A stretch of DNA of 64,000 nucleotides, taken from contig CAZXCN010000001.1 in NCBI GenBank assembly GCA_964639185.1, forward strand, positions 38,626 through 102,625, read 5' to 3'. This document shows positions 48,066-56,814 of the stretch, piece by piece. The DNA is from an uncultured Candidatus Saccharibacteria bacterium. GTDB taxonomy: Bacteria; Patescibacteriota; Minisyncoccia; Phycocordibacterales; UBA9973. The notes beneath the pieces are model-generated. The model saw nothing but the letters and a program-made list of their open reading frames with translations, did not search any database and had not been told where the DNA came from. A program made the position numbers and the translations under genes. How positions within the stretch are numbered: the first letter of the stretch is position 1; every line of letters starts with the position of its first letter.

Positions 48066-49163
48066 ATGAATATAGAAACAACATTAGAAAAGATAAAGAA
48101 AGCATTGGTTATTGTAGAGAGAATGACTGGTAAGAATTTAACACTACCAGTACTAAATTCAATATTGATAATAGCTCGTGGTAATAACTTGATACTAAGA
48201 TCAACAAACCTTAGTATTGGTGCTGAGATATCAATACCTGTAAAAGTAATAAAAGAAGGTGTTGTCGCTGTAAAGGGTGATATCCTTAGCTCAATGTTTT
48301 CAAATATAAATACTGATAGTAATGTTGTTTTTATTCAACAAGATAATAATTTGAATATAAAAACAAAAAACAATAATATAACTCTCAAGACATTACCACA
48401 CGAAGACTTTCCAACACTACCTGTTGTGGAGGGGGAAACATGTGTAATACCAGCAAGTAAGTTAATCGAAGGTTTGAAATCTGTTTATTTTAGTGCATCT
48501 GTTTCTGATATTAAACCAGAGATAGGTAGTGTGTATATATACCCAGAAGACGATAATCTTGTCTTTGTTGCTACTGACTCATTTAGGCTTGCTGAGAAAA
48601 AGGTAAAAATAAAACAAAATTTAAATTTTAATGGAATATTAATACCATTTAAGAATACTATAGAATTAATAAGAGTTTTTGAAGGTGAGACAGATGATGT
48701 GAATATTGTTTTTAATAAAAACCAAGCATCTTTTACTGTAGGTAATATTTATATTACTTCTCGTGTTATCGACGGTGTATTCCCTGATTATAAACAGATA
48801 ATTCCAAAACAACCAACAACAGAGGTTGTAATTTTGAAACAAGATATAATTAATGCTTTAAAGGTAGCAAATGTTTTATCTGATAAATTTAATCAAATAA
48901 TATTTGAAATTAACCCAAAAGAGAAAAAGTTTGAAATAGAATCTAGGAATACAGATGTTGGAGAAAACATAACAATGGTTGCTGGTGCTTTGAAAGGGGA
49001 GGAGGTTACAGCATCTTTTAATTATCGATATATATTAGATTCATTTCAATCAATATCAGTAGACAGTGTTACTTTTGAGTTAACTGGTAGTAATAAAGCC
49101 ATGGTAATACGCCCTATAAGCGATAATACGTTCTTATACCTCATTATGCCTATGAATAGGTAA
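48066..49163 (+). CDS. dnaN: DNA polymerase III beta clamp
   Basis: LPVL, STNL, DFPTLP, VATDSFRLAE, SRVIDGVFPDYKQIIP, FN.RY, YLIMPM. Confidence 0.96.
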   Translation: MNIETTLEKIKKALVIVERMTGKNLTLPVLNSILIIARGNNLILRSTNLSIGAEISIPVKVIKEGVVAVKGDILSSMFSNINTDSNVVFIQQDNNLNIKTKNNNITLKTLPHEDFPTLPVVEGETCVIPASKLIEGLKSVYFSASVSDIKPEIGSVYIYPEDDNLVFVATDSFRLAEKKVKIKQNLNFNGILIPFKNTIELIRVFEGETDDVNIVFNKNQASFTVGNIYITSRVIDGVFPDYKQIIPKQPTTEVVILKQDIINALKVANVLSDKFNQIIFEINPKEKKFEIESRNTDVGENITMVAGALKGEEVTASFNYRYILDSFQSISVDSVTFELTGSNKAMVIRPISDNTFLYLIMPMNR

Positions 49164-49166
49164 TAT

Positions 49167-49427
49167 ATGGACTACAAGCCTATTTCAAGCTTTCTAGATA
49201 GGATAAAGAGTATTGTGTTGATATCAGATACACAGATTGATTTAATTCAAGTAATTCTGAAAAATTCAATAAAGAAAGAGATTCCAAAAGAAAAAATAAT
49301 TTTTAAAAAAGGAATTCTTAGTTTTGATAACCTAGGGCCTGTTTACAAGAGTGAGATATTTATAAATAAAAATAAAATATTAGAAAATGCCCGTATTCTA
49401 AATATTAATATTCTAGATATTAAATAA
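49167..49427 (+). CDS. Small protein, candidate DciA (DUF721)-like helicase loader
   Basis: 3 nt after dnaN; FKKGIL......YKSEIFINKNKILE......ILDIK resembles the DUF721 core. Confidence 0.45.
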   Translation: MDYKPISSFLDRIKSIVLISDTQIDLIQVILKNSIKKEIPKEKIIFKKGILSFDNLGPVYKSEIFINKNKILENARILNINILDIK

Positions 49428-51947
49428 TTATTTTATTTGTAGTGTAATTTCTGTCTGACTAGAGCTACCGTATATATCATATGCAAGTGCTCGAATCTTG
49501 TTAACAGATGATACACCTTGAACTTCATTGGGTGTTATCGAGAATTTTCCAGAGGAAGATTTAAGAGATGTTATATATAAATTATTTATAAAAATATCTA
49601 TTTTTTGTATCGGTGAAGAACTATTTGTTGTGATTGTGATTATTTGTTCTTGGTTACCATCATAAACTACTGACTCATCTATACCCGATAGATAAACTAG
49701 GGGTTTATTGTTCTCTGTGTGAATTGAGTCGTAGCTTGTTGGTTTGTTTCCTTCTGTTATTGTTTTGTATTTATGTTTATTGTTTTCCCACCATTTTTGT
49801 ACACCATATTCCCATCTTTTGTATTGGGGATCACTTTCGGGGTTATTTGTTTTTCCACCTGTTGGGTTATTTTTGTCTAACCAATATAATATTGTATGAA
49901 CATTTGTTATAGATGTTTCTACTTTTGTTGCATCTGGAGTATTTTCTGTTGCAAGTTTACCTGACATTGAGTCTATTGTGAAAGTCTCACCTCCTTGCCA
50001 GAATCCTCGTAATATTGGTGGTAAATTCCTGTCTATGTATTCTGGTTTATTAAAGTTTCCAGCAGGATATGTCACAGAAGCTTCTTTTATTATTTGGTTC
50101 CATATTGGACCAGCCAATGCAGCACCACCCTTCTTCATTGGAGTATTGTCATTGTTACCAACCCAAGCACCAACAGTTATTGATGTTGTATAACCTATTG
50201 TCCAAGCATCTTTGTTGCTGTTTGTTGTACCTGTTTTAGCAGCAGAGTTTATGTCACCCGTATATAAGCTTGAGTGTGAACCAAAAGTAGGAACACGAGC
50301 TTGTTCGTCTGATAATATGTCTGATATTATTCTTGTTGTATTTGGGTCTAATACTATTGTTGGGTTCTCTTTGTATTCTTCTGTTTTTACACCATCTTTG
50401 TCTTCTACAGATAATATGCCTGTGTATGGTTGACGAATACCTTCTGTTGCAAAGACACCGTATGCTGATGTCATATCTAACAAACTTACTTCACCACCTC
50501 CTATAACAAGTGATAGTCCATAACGACTTGGGTCGTTCAGGCTTGTTACACCCATATCATGAGCGAGTTTAATGGAATCAGTAACACCTACTAAATATAG
50601 TAATTTTACAGCTATAACGTTTATTGATTGTGCTAATGCATCGCGTAGTGTCATTGGTCCACGAAAAGCATTGTCATAATTATTAGGCATGTAACAATTA
50701 TCCTTACTAGCACCACCAATAGGGTTACCTACAGCGTCACATGAATCTGAAAATTGTGTTTTTACATCAAAAAGCGTTGTTTTGTCTGTGTATCCATTCT
50801 TAAAAGCTAATGCATATACAAATGGTTTAAATGCTGAACCTGGTTGTCTTTGCGCTGTGACCACATTAAAATTACCTTCTATTTCTTTGTCGAAATAATT
50901 TCGTGAGCCAACCATAGACAGTATTTGTCCTGTCTTTGTTTCTATTACTACAGCAGCTGCATTTTTACCATTTGCATTTTTTGCATTTTCTTCTGCTTGT
51001 TTTGCTACTATTGCCTCGGCTTTTTCTTGTAGACTTGCGTCGAGTGTTGTTATAACTTTTAATCCACCTACATCGAGTGCTTCTGCACCATATTTATTTT
51101 CCAAATAATCTTTGATAAAAAATACAAAATGCGGAGCTTTTATATTTGTAGGTTGTTCTGGTAGAAATACAACTACTTCATTTACTGATTTTTGATACTC
51201 ATCGTTTGTTATATAACCTAGGTCGAACATTCTCTTTAATACTAAATTCTTTCTCTCATCTAATTGAGCTTTGTGTTTTTTGTACGGTGAATAATATGTC
51301 GGGCTATTTGGTATAGCGGCGAGGTACGCTGATTCCGCAATTGTTATGTCACGAGGCTCTTTACCAAAAAACATTCTTGCTCCTTCTTTTATTCCGTATA
51401 CTGTACCACCATACGGAGCCTCATTTAAATAAAGCCCCAATATTTCGTCTTTACTTATAATTCTTTCTAGTTTGATAGCCAGTATCCATTCCTTTATCTT
51501 TCTTGTTAGAGTTTTTTCTTGGGTTAGAAGAGTGTTCTTTATTAATTGTTGGGTTATGGTTGAACCACCACCAGCCTTTTGGTTACCTAGGAATCTTTGC
51601 CATAATGCACGGATTATTGATGTTATGCGGATACCTTTGTGATTATAGAATTCAGAATCTTCGATAGCTATAGTTGCATTTTTTATATTTGTACCCATGT
51701 CTTCAAAAGGGATGACAGTTCTACGCATATCTTTGTGTACATCGTATAGTAGTATTTCCCCAGTACGGTCGTATATTTTTGTCGAATTAGCCACCTTTCT
51801 TTCGGTAAATGATTTAAAATCAGGGAGTCTAAGGGTGCTTAATAGTATTATTACCAAGCCTAAAAAGACAGAAAATAGACCTGTTAATATTAATAGCCAA
51901 AACTTAATTTTTTTAGGCTTTGTATTTGATTTTGTATTTGGATTCAT
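49428..51947 (-). CDS. Class A penicillin-binding protein (PBP1A-like transglycosylase/transpeptidase)
   Basis: EDSEFYNHKG, GGSTITQQLIKN, RKIKE, YLNE; RQPGSAFKP (SxxK), SIN, KTGT; start likely 51947 (7 nt after TGGTATGAT). Confidence 0.93.
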   Translation of the reverse strand: MNPNTKSNTKPKKIKFWLLILTGLFSVFLGLVIILLSTLRLPDFKSFTERKVANSTKIYDRTGEILLYDVHKDMRRTVIPFEDMGTNIKNATIAIEDSEFYNHKGIRITSIIRALWQRFLGNQKAGGGSTITQQLIKNTLLTQEKTLTRKIKEWILAIKLERIISKDEILGLYLNEAPYGGTVYGIKEGARMFFGKEPRDITIAESAYLAAIPNSPTYYSPYKKHKAQLDERKNLVLKRMFDLGYITNDEYQKSVNEVVVFLPEQPTNIKAPHFVFFIKDYLENKYGAEALDVGGLKVITTLDASLQEKAEAIVAKQAEENAKNANGKNAAAVVIETKTGQILSMVGSRNYFDKEIEGNFNVVTAQRQPGSAFKPFVYALAFKNGYTDKTTLFDVKTQFSDSCDAVGNPIGGASKDNCYMPNNYDNAFRGPMTLRDALAQSINVIAVKLLYLVGVTDSIKLAHDMGVTSLNDPSRYGLSLVIGGGEVSLLDMTSAYGVFATEGIRQPYTGILSVEDKDGVKTEEYKENPTIVLDPNTTRIISDILSDEQARVPTFGSHSSLYTGDINSAAKTGTTNSNKDAWTIGYTTSITVGAWVGNNDNTPMKKGGAALAGPIWNQIIKEASVTYPAGNFNKPEYIDRNLPPILRGFWQGGETFTIDSMSGKLATENTPDATKVETSITNVHTILYWLDKNNPTGGKTNNPESDPQYKRWEYGVQKWWENNKHKYKTITEGNKPTSYDSIHTENNKPLVYLSGIDESVVYDGNQEQIITITTNSSSPIQKIDIFINNLYITSLKSSSGKFSITPNEVQGVSSVNKIRALAYDIYGSSSQTEITLQIK

Positions 51948-52016
51948 GTTATTTATCATACCACAAATACCATATCAAAAAGGACAAGAAATACAAAATA
52001 TGTTAAAGTGGTTTAT

Positions 52017-53219
52017 ATGACAAAAGAGGAAATCAAAAATAATACTTTATTGACTAGAGGTGTTTCTGCTGTGTATCCAACAGCTAATTATGTTGCATCT
52101 AGGATCAATCGAGGGGAAAAACTTACAATATATTTAGGTATTGACCCTACTGGCCCAACGCTACATTTGGGGCATGTTATTGCACTACGCAAGCTTGGTG
52201 AATTCCAGCGTGCTGGGCACAAGGTCATAATGCTTTTGGGTGACTTTACTGCAATGATAGGTGATCCTACTGATAAAGGTGCTACTCGTAAACAGCTCAC
52301 TCATAAAGAAGTAATGAAGAATTTAAAGAATTACAAGAAGCAGGCTTCAAAAATTTTATCTTTCTCTGGTAAAAATAGTGCCAAGGTTATGTTCAACTCA
52401 AAGTGGTTGGGAAAAATGAAATTCGAAGATGTGTTGAATCTTGCTTCAAATATGACAGTAAGCCAAATGCTCGAACGTGATATGTTTGAAAAAAGAATAG
52501 AAGAAGGTAAGCCTGTATTTATACATGAATTCATGTACCCACTTATGCAAGGTTATGATAGTGTGGCTATGGACGTGGATGGTGAGATAGGTGGTAATGA
52601 TCAAACATTCAATATGCTTGCTGGACGTGATCTAATGAAGTCATTAAAAAACAAAGAAAAGTTTGTCATAACTATGAAGTTACTCGAAGACAACACTGGT
52701 AAAAAGATGGGTAAGACAGAAGGGAATATGATAGCCTTGTCTGATTCAATAACAGAAATGTTTGGCAAAGTTATGAGTTGGAATGATAACCTAATAATAC
52801 CGGGGTTTGAATTGTGTACAGATGTTCCTATGGAGGATGTTGCATCTATCGCTACAGACATCACTCGTGGAGCATTGAACCCTCGTGATGCAAAGATGCG
52901 CCTTGCTCGAGAAATAATAAAAATATTCTTTTCAGAAGAAAAAGCAAATAAAGTTCAAGAAGAATTTATAGCGACTTTTTCCAAAAAAGAAATTCCTGAT
53001 AATATCGACAATATAAATGTAGGGGCTGATGAGTTATTGATAGATATTTTTGTAAAAGAAAAATTAGTATCTTCTAGGAGTGATTTTCGTAGGTTGGTAG
53101 ATGAAGGTGCTATTACAAATCTAACAACTGATAAAAAGGTTTCTGACAATAATACAAAAGTAGACTCTGGTGTGTATAGAATAGGGAAGAAGAGATTTAT
53201 AAAAATAAATTTTAAATAA
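52017..53219 (+). CDS. tyrS: Tyrosine--tRNA ligase
   Basis: GIDPTGPTLHLGH, GDFTAMIGDPT, YPLMQGYDS, GGNDQ.FN, KMGKT, S4-like C-terminus. Confidence 0.96.
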   Translation: MTKEEIKNNTLLTRGVSAVYPTANYVASRINRGEKLTIYLGIDPTGPTLHLGHVIALRKLGEFQRAGHKVIMLLGDFTAMIGDPTDKGATRKQLTHKEVMKNLKNYKKQASKILSFSGKNSAKVMFNSKWLGKMKFEDVLNLASNMTVSQMLERDMFEKRIEEGKPVFIHEFMYPLMQGYDSVAMDVDGEIGGNDQTFNMLAGRDLMKSLKNKEKFVITMKLLEDNTGKKMGKTEGNMIALSDSITEMFGKVMSWNDNLIIPGFELCTDVPMEDVASIATDITRGALNPRDAKMRLAREIIKIFFSEEKANKVQEEFIATFSKKEIPDNIDNINVGADELLIDIFVKEKLVSSRSDFRRLVDEGAITNLTTDKKVSDNNTKVDSGVYRIGKKRFIKINFK

Positions 53220-53254
53220 AATTAAAACCCTCCATTTATGGAGGGTTTTAATTT
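53218..53254. terminator. Bidirectional terminator
   Basis: AAATTAAAACCCTCCAT/ATGGAGGGTTTTAATTT. Confidence 0.75.
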
Positions 53255-53431
53255 CTAGTACATATCGTCGGCAGCAAGATCGTCTTCTACAAGATCTTCT
53301 TCATCATCAGCAAGGATATCATCAGACAAATCATCTTCTAGTAAAGAATCACTTAAATTATCAGAAAATAAATCTAAATCATCTTCCATTGTATCTAAAT
53401 CATCTTTTATTTCATCGTCACTATAGCTCAT
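53255..53431 (-). CDS. Unannotated 58-aa hyper-acidic protein
   Basis: Manual translation MSYSDDEIKDDLDTMEDDLDLFSDNLSDSLLEDDLSDDILADDEEDLVEDDLAADDMY*; stop abuts the terminator. Confidence 0.7.
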   Translation of the reverse strand: MSYSDDEIKDDLDTMEDDLDLFSDNLSDSLLEDDLSDDILADDEEDLVEDDLAADDMY

Positions 53432-53529
53432 ATTTGGTATTTTAAATTTTAAAAAATAAGCGACCTATTAATATGCATTATTTGTATCAAAATCATAAAC
53501 TCTTTGCAATACAAGTAGATTGTGGAAAA

Positions 53530-54009
53530 CTATTTGAATTGCTCTATAGCATAGCATGTTAGGCCTATTGCTACAGCATCAAGCTCGTCATCTGACTCAG
53601 TGATCTTATCCATTTTGCATAATTTGGGCACCATCGACATGATCATTTCCTTTGTAGCCTTACCATAGCCTGTTATAGCAACCTTGATTTCACCAGGGGT
53701 ATATTCATATATGTCCAAGCCTGCACGGCTAGCCTCGTATAATATAACTCCTCGAGCTTCTGATACATTCATGGCAGTTTTTTGATTGTTGGTTATATAC
53801 AGCTTCTCTATTGCTAGGGCTTTTGGTTTATAGTTCTCTATTATGTTCCTTACTTCTTCCCCTAATAAAAATAATCTTTCATGAAATTTTATCTTAGGTG
53901 TTGTTTTGAAGCATTCGGAATAAACAACAACCTCCTTTCCAGTAAGGGGTTTTTCTATTATTGCTATGCCGAGCCTTTCAAAGCCAGGGTCTATTCCAAT
54001 GATTCTCAT
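53530..54009 (-). CDS. ruvC: Holliday junction resolvase RuvC
   Basis: IIGIDPG, AIEKLY, VSEARGVI, EYTPGEIKVAITGYGKATKE, DDELDAVAI. Confidence 0.93.
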   Translation of the reverse strand: MRIIGIDPGFERLGIAIIEKPLTGKEVVVYSECFKTTPKIKFHERLFLLGEEVRNIIENYKPKALAIEKLYITNNQKTAMNVSEARGVILYEASRAGLDIYEYTPGEIKVAITGYGKATKEMIMSMVPKLCKMDKITESDDELDAVAIGLTCYAIEQFK

Positions 54010-54022
54010 GTATTTTTATTTA

Positions 54023-54188
54023 AAAAATTATTTCGTTTAAAAGCTCTTTTCAAAAAGCACGAATATTTTCCTGTTGGAAAATTTCTCTGCTCGTCGTTCA
54101 AGAAAATAATACTCACTTTGTTCGTTTATTTTCTAAACTCCTGCGCAAGTCTTTTCTCTAAGACTTTTAAACTTCATCATAGTTTTTA
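54023..54188. repeat. Structured intergenic element (REP/MITE-like or ncRNA)
   Basis: TTTAAAAG/CTTTTAAA outer stem, ATTTTCC/GGAAAAT, AGAAAATAA/TTATTTTCT around CTCACTTTGTTCG. Confidence 0.5.
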
Positions 54189-54190
54189 TT

Positions 54191-55213
54191 TTATTTTTCA
54201 ATAAACTCGAAACCTAAATGCTCATATGCCTTCTTTGTTACAGTACGTCCACGAGGTGTGCGCTCGAGGAATCCGAGCTGTATTAGGTATGGCTCGATAA
54301 CTTCCTCTATAGTAGCCTCTTCCTCACTTGTAGCTGCGGCTATCGTCTTGAGTCCAACTGGTCCACCATTGAATTTATCTATCACTGTTGTTAACACGCG
54401 TCTGTCTGAAGATGTTAATCCATGTTCATCTATCTCAAGTAATGCCAATGCTTTCTTTACAGAATCTTTCGTCATATTTGTTTTGTGTACTTGAGCAAAA
54501 TCACGACAACGCTTTAGGAAATAATTTGCAGTACGTGGTGTGAATCGTGCACGCATTGCTATTTCATCCAAAGCTTCGTCCTCGAGTACGATACCTAGGA
54601 TTTTGGCAGAGCGACCTAATATTTTTTTTATTTCTTCATGAGTGTAGAATTCTAGGCGAAAGACTCCTCCTGAGAATCTGGATCGTAGTGGTGATGACAA
54701 TAATGCAATACGAGTGGTGGCTGCGATCATGGTAAATGGTGGTAACTCGAGTTGGATCGTTCTAGCTGATGGACCTTTACCGATAATAATATCAAGTACA
54801 CCGCTTTCCATTGCTGGGTAAAGAACTTCTTCTACCATTTTATTTAGTCTGTGTATCTCATCTATAAATACAATATCACCAGGGGAGAGGTTGGTCAGTA
54901 TCGATGCCAAGTCACCAACTTTTTCAATAGCAGGTCCGGAGGTTATTTTCATTTGGCGACCAGTGTCTTTGGCTATAAGGTGGGCCAAAGTAGTTTTACC
55001 AAGGCCTGGTGGCCCATAAAATAGTATATGTTCAGGAGGGTGATTGCGTTCGCTCGCCGCTTGTAGTAATATTCGCAAGTTTTCCTTTATATTATTTTGG
55101 CCAATATAATCATCCCAGATACTTGGTCGTAAAGTTTGGTCTAAAAATCCATCATCTTTTACAGATGTTTCTTCGGAATCGATATTTTCAGTGTTTTTAT
55201 TTAGGCTTGACAT
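54191..55213 (-). CDS. ruvB: Holliday junction branch migration helicase RuvB
   Basis: LRP...[65 protein letters not shown]. Confidence 0.96.
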   Translation of the reverse strand: MSSLNKNTENIDSEETSVKDDGFLDQTLRPSIWDDYIGQNNIKENLRILLQAASERNHPPEHILFYGPPGLGKTTLAHLIAKDTGRQMKITSGPAIEKVGDLASILTNLSPGDIVFIDEIHRLNKMVEEVLYPAMESGVLDIIIGKGPSARTIQLELPPFTMIAATTRIALLSSPLRSRFSGGVFRLEFYTHEEIKKILGRSAKILGIVLEDEALDEIAMRARFTPRTANYFLKRCRDFAQVHKTNMTKDSVKKALALLEIDEHGLTSSDRRVLTTVIDKFNGGPVGLKTIAAATSEEEATIEEVIEPYLIQLGFLERTPRGRTVTKKAYEHLGFEFIEK

Positions 55214-55236
55214 AAAAATTTTAATATGCTATACTC
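55208..55236 (+). promoter_or_regulatory. Consensus sigma70 promoter overlapping the ruvB start codon, pointing away from ruvB
   Basis: TTGACA(55208-55213)-17-TATACT(55231-55236) with extended TG. Confidence 0.65.
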
Positions 55237-55242
55237 TTCTCA

Positions 55243-55508
55243 GATATGTTTTAACTGTTTATGTAAGAAGTATATCATTTCTTAATCAAAACTTCATATC
55301 AATGCAAAAGAGGACATGAATCTCTAAGCAATCAGCCCCTGGCTCTATATTTGTGCGTAGGACGTCCTGGTTTATTTTTAATATTACTGGGTCCATCCTG
55401 CAATCCTGTGTTACTTTAGTGGTCTTGTATCATTAAAGGATTGTTTAGAGATTTATGTCTTTTTTAATTTCTGTTAATACACCCATAATGTTTCGGGTGT
55501 ATTTTTTT
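55243..55508 (+). ncRNA. Candidate structured ncRNA (about 265 nt)
   Basis: 27-bp stem 55307-55333/55439-55465 whose only non-Watson-Crick pairs are 4 G.U on the + strand; internal hairpins; terminator AATACACCC/GGGTGTATT plus T-run (55476-55508); no sizeable ORF. Confidence 0.6.
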
Positions 55509-55515
55509 ATCCCTC

Positions 55516-55545
55516 AATAGCGACGGCCGTCGCTAAGTGATATTA
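55516..55545. repeat. 30-nt palindromic direct repeat, copy 1
   Basis: AATAGCGACGGCCGTCGCTAAGTGATATTA. Confidence 0.9.
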
Positions 55546-55581
55546 TGTTGTTATGTTTTTATCTCATGATATAGTAATAAT

Positions 55582-56121
55582 ATGGATAAAATAACAAATG
55601 GCGATGTTGAATTAAAATACCTTGATATAAATAGATATCAAGAACTTTTTGACCTTACAGATAAGAATCGTACTTATTTAAAGAAAACACTAGCTTGGTT
55701 GGACATAACTAAGACGGAAGAAGTTTCAAAAAAGTTTATTGAAACATCTCTAGAAAAACAAAAAAATGGTAGTGGAATAGCTTTTGAGATCTGGTACAAG
55801 GGTGAATTTGTTGGAATGATTGATTATCACGATATGGATAAAAGGAATAATATTGGTCGGATTGGTTATTGGTTGGATGAGGGTCATCAAGGTAAGGGTA
55901 TCATAACCGAAGCTTGTAAATTAATTATTAAATATGGTTTTGAAAAATTGAATTTAAATAGAATAGAGATAATTTGCGCGCTCCACAATCCAAGGAGTGG
56001 TGCTGTGGCACAAAGACTTGGATTTGTAAAAGAGGGGGTATTACGTAAATGGGCATTCATGTATGACCACTATGACGACATGGAATCTTGGAGCCTAATA
56101 AAAGGTGAAGAATCTTTCTAA
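55582..56121 (+). CDS. GNAT family N-acetyltransferase (RimJ/RimL type)
   Basis: NR.YL...L.W, IGYWLDEGHQGKGIITEA, LNLNRIEI....N.RS.AVAQRLGF.KEG.LR. Confidence 0.9.
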   Translation: MDKITNGDVELKYLDINRYQELFDLTDKNRTYLKKTLAWLDITKTEEVSKKFIETSLEKQKNGSGIAFEIWYKGEFVGMIDYHDMDKRNNIGRIGYWLDEGHQGKGIITEACKLIIKYGFEKLNLNRIEIICALHNPRSGAVAQRLGFVKEGVLRKWAFMYDHYDDMESWSLIKGEESF

Positions 56122-56139
56122 TATTTATAATAATATATT

Positions 56140-56169
56140 AATAGCCACGGCCGTGGCTAAGTCATATTA
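56140..56169. repeat. 30-nt palindromic direct repeat, copy 2
   Basis: AATAGCCACGGCCGTGGCTAAGTCATATTA. Confidence 0.9.
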
Positions 56170-56188
56170 CAATAAGATATCATTTGTT

Positions 56189-56746
56189 TTAAAGATTGAA
56201 ATGTCTTTCTAGTCTTTCTCTATTTGTTAAGTCTTTTACTAATGCAAATTGGACGTATTTACCAATGTTCCAATAATTCGCTATGAAATCAATCTCTTTC
56301 TGGCAAGGGTATGGGTATACCCACACACTATCATTAAATTTTATAAAACCCATTTCTTTCATCTTGTTTCTCAGGGAATCTCTGGCGTTTCTTTTATTTT
56401 CTGGAATATCAAAGATTATCATTCTAAAATTCCTATCCCAAACCTTATCTTCTTTAATTTTAATTTCCTCATAATTAAATCTAAGAAATATTTTCTTGCC
56501 ATCTTCTGTTAAGGTAATCTTGTCTTCTTTTCCAATCTTTTCTATTTTAATTAATTTCTGCTTTCTTAGTTTATGAAAATACTGACTAACATTTTTAGGT
56601 TTTTTATCTTTAAAAATATCTTTTATAATTTCATTTGCAAACTTATAACTAACTCTTTTATTTGAGAGGGTAGCAAGTACCCCCAGACTCATACCCAGAG
56701 ATCTTATTATTTTTCCACTTGTTGATGACTTATCTATGTTTCTCAT
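56189..56746 (-). CDS. PaaX-like protein: winged helix + Cas2-like (ferredoxin-fold) domain
   Basis: L.KQKLI......ITLTEDG (wHTH wing), WDRNFRMIIFDIPE.KR..RD.LR..MKEMGF..FNDSVWVYPYPC..E. Confidence 0.8.
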   Translation of the reverse strand: MRNIDKSSTSGKIIRSLGMSLGVLATLSNKRVSYKFANEIIKDIFKDKKPKNVSQYFHKLRKQKLIKIEKIGKEDKITLTEDGKKIFLRFNYEEIKIKEDKVWDRNFRMIIFDIPENKRNARDSLRNKMKEMGFIKFNDSVWVYPYPCQKEIDFIANYWNIGKYVQFALVKDLTNRERLERHFNL

Positions 56747-56765
56747 CTGTATTTAATTATATCAC

Positions 56766-56795
56766 AATAGCCACGGCCGTGGCTAAGTCATATTA
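56766..56795. repeat. 30-nt palindromic direct repeat, copy 3
   Basis: AATAGCCACGGCCGTGGCTAAGTCATATTA, identical to copy 2; lies over the -35 region of the PaaX-like gene promoter. Confidence 0.9.
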
Positions 56796-56814
56796 ATTAT
56801 TTTAATTAGATGTT

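Noticed and set aside
51960-52016. T-box leader for tyrS
   Set aside because: The intergenic space is under 70 nt and has no T-box motif.
53530-55213. ruvA loss
   Set aside because: ruvA is absent from this window but may be elsewhere in the genome, so loss cannot be claimed.
55516-56795. CRISPR array with cas2
   Set aside because: The intervals are about 595 nt and contain whole genes, there is no cas1 or effector gene, and the Cas2-like domain is fused to a wHTH (PaaX-like).
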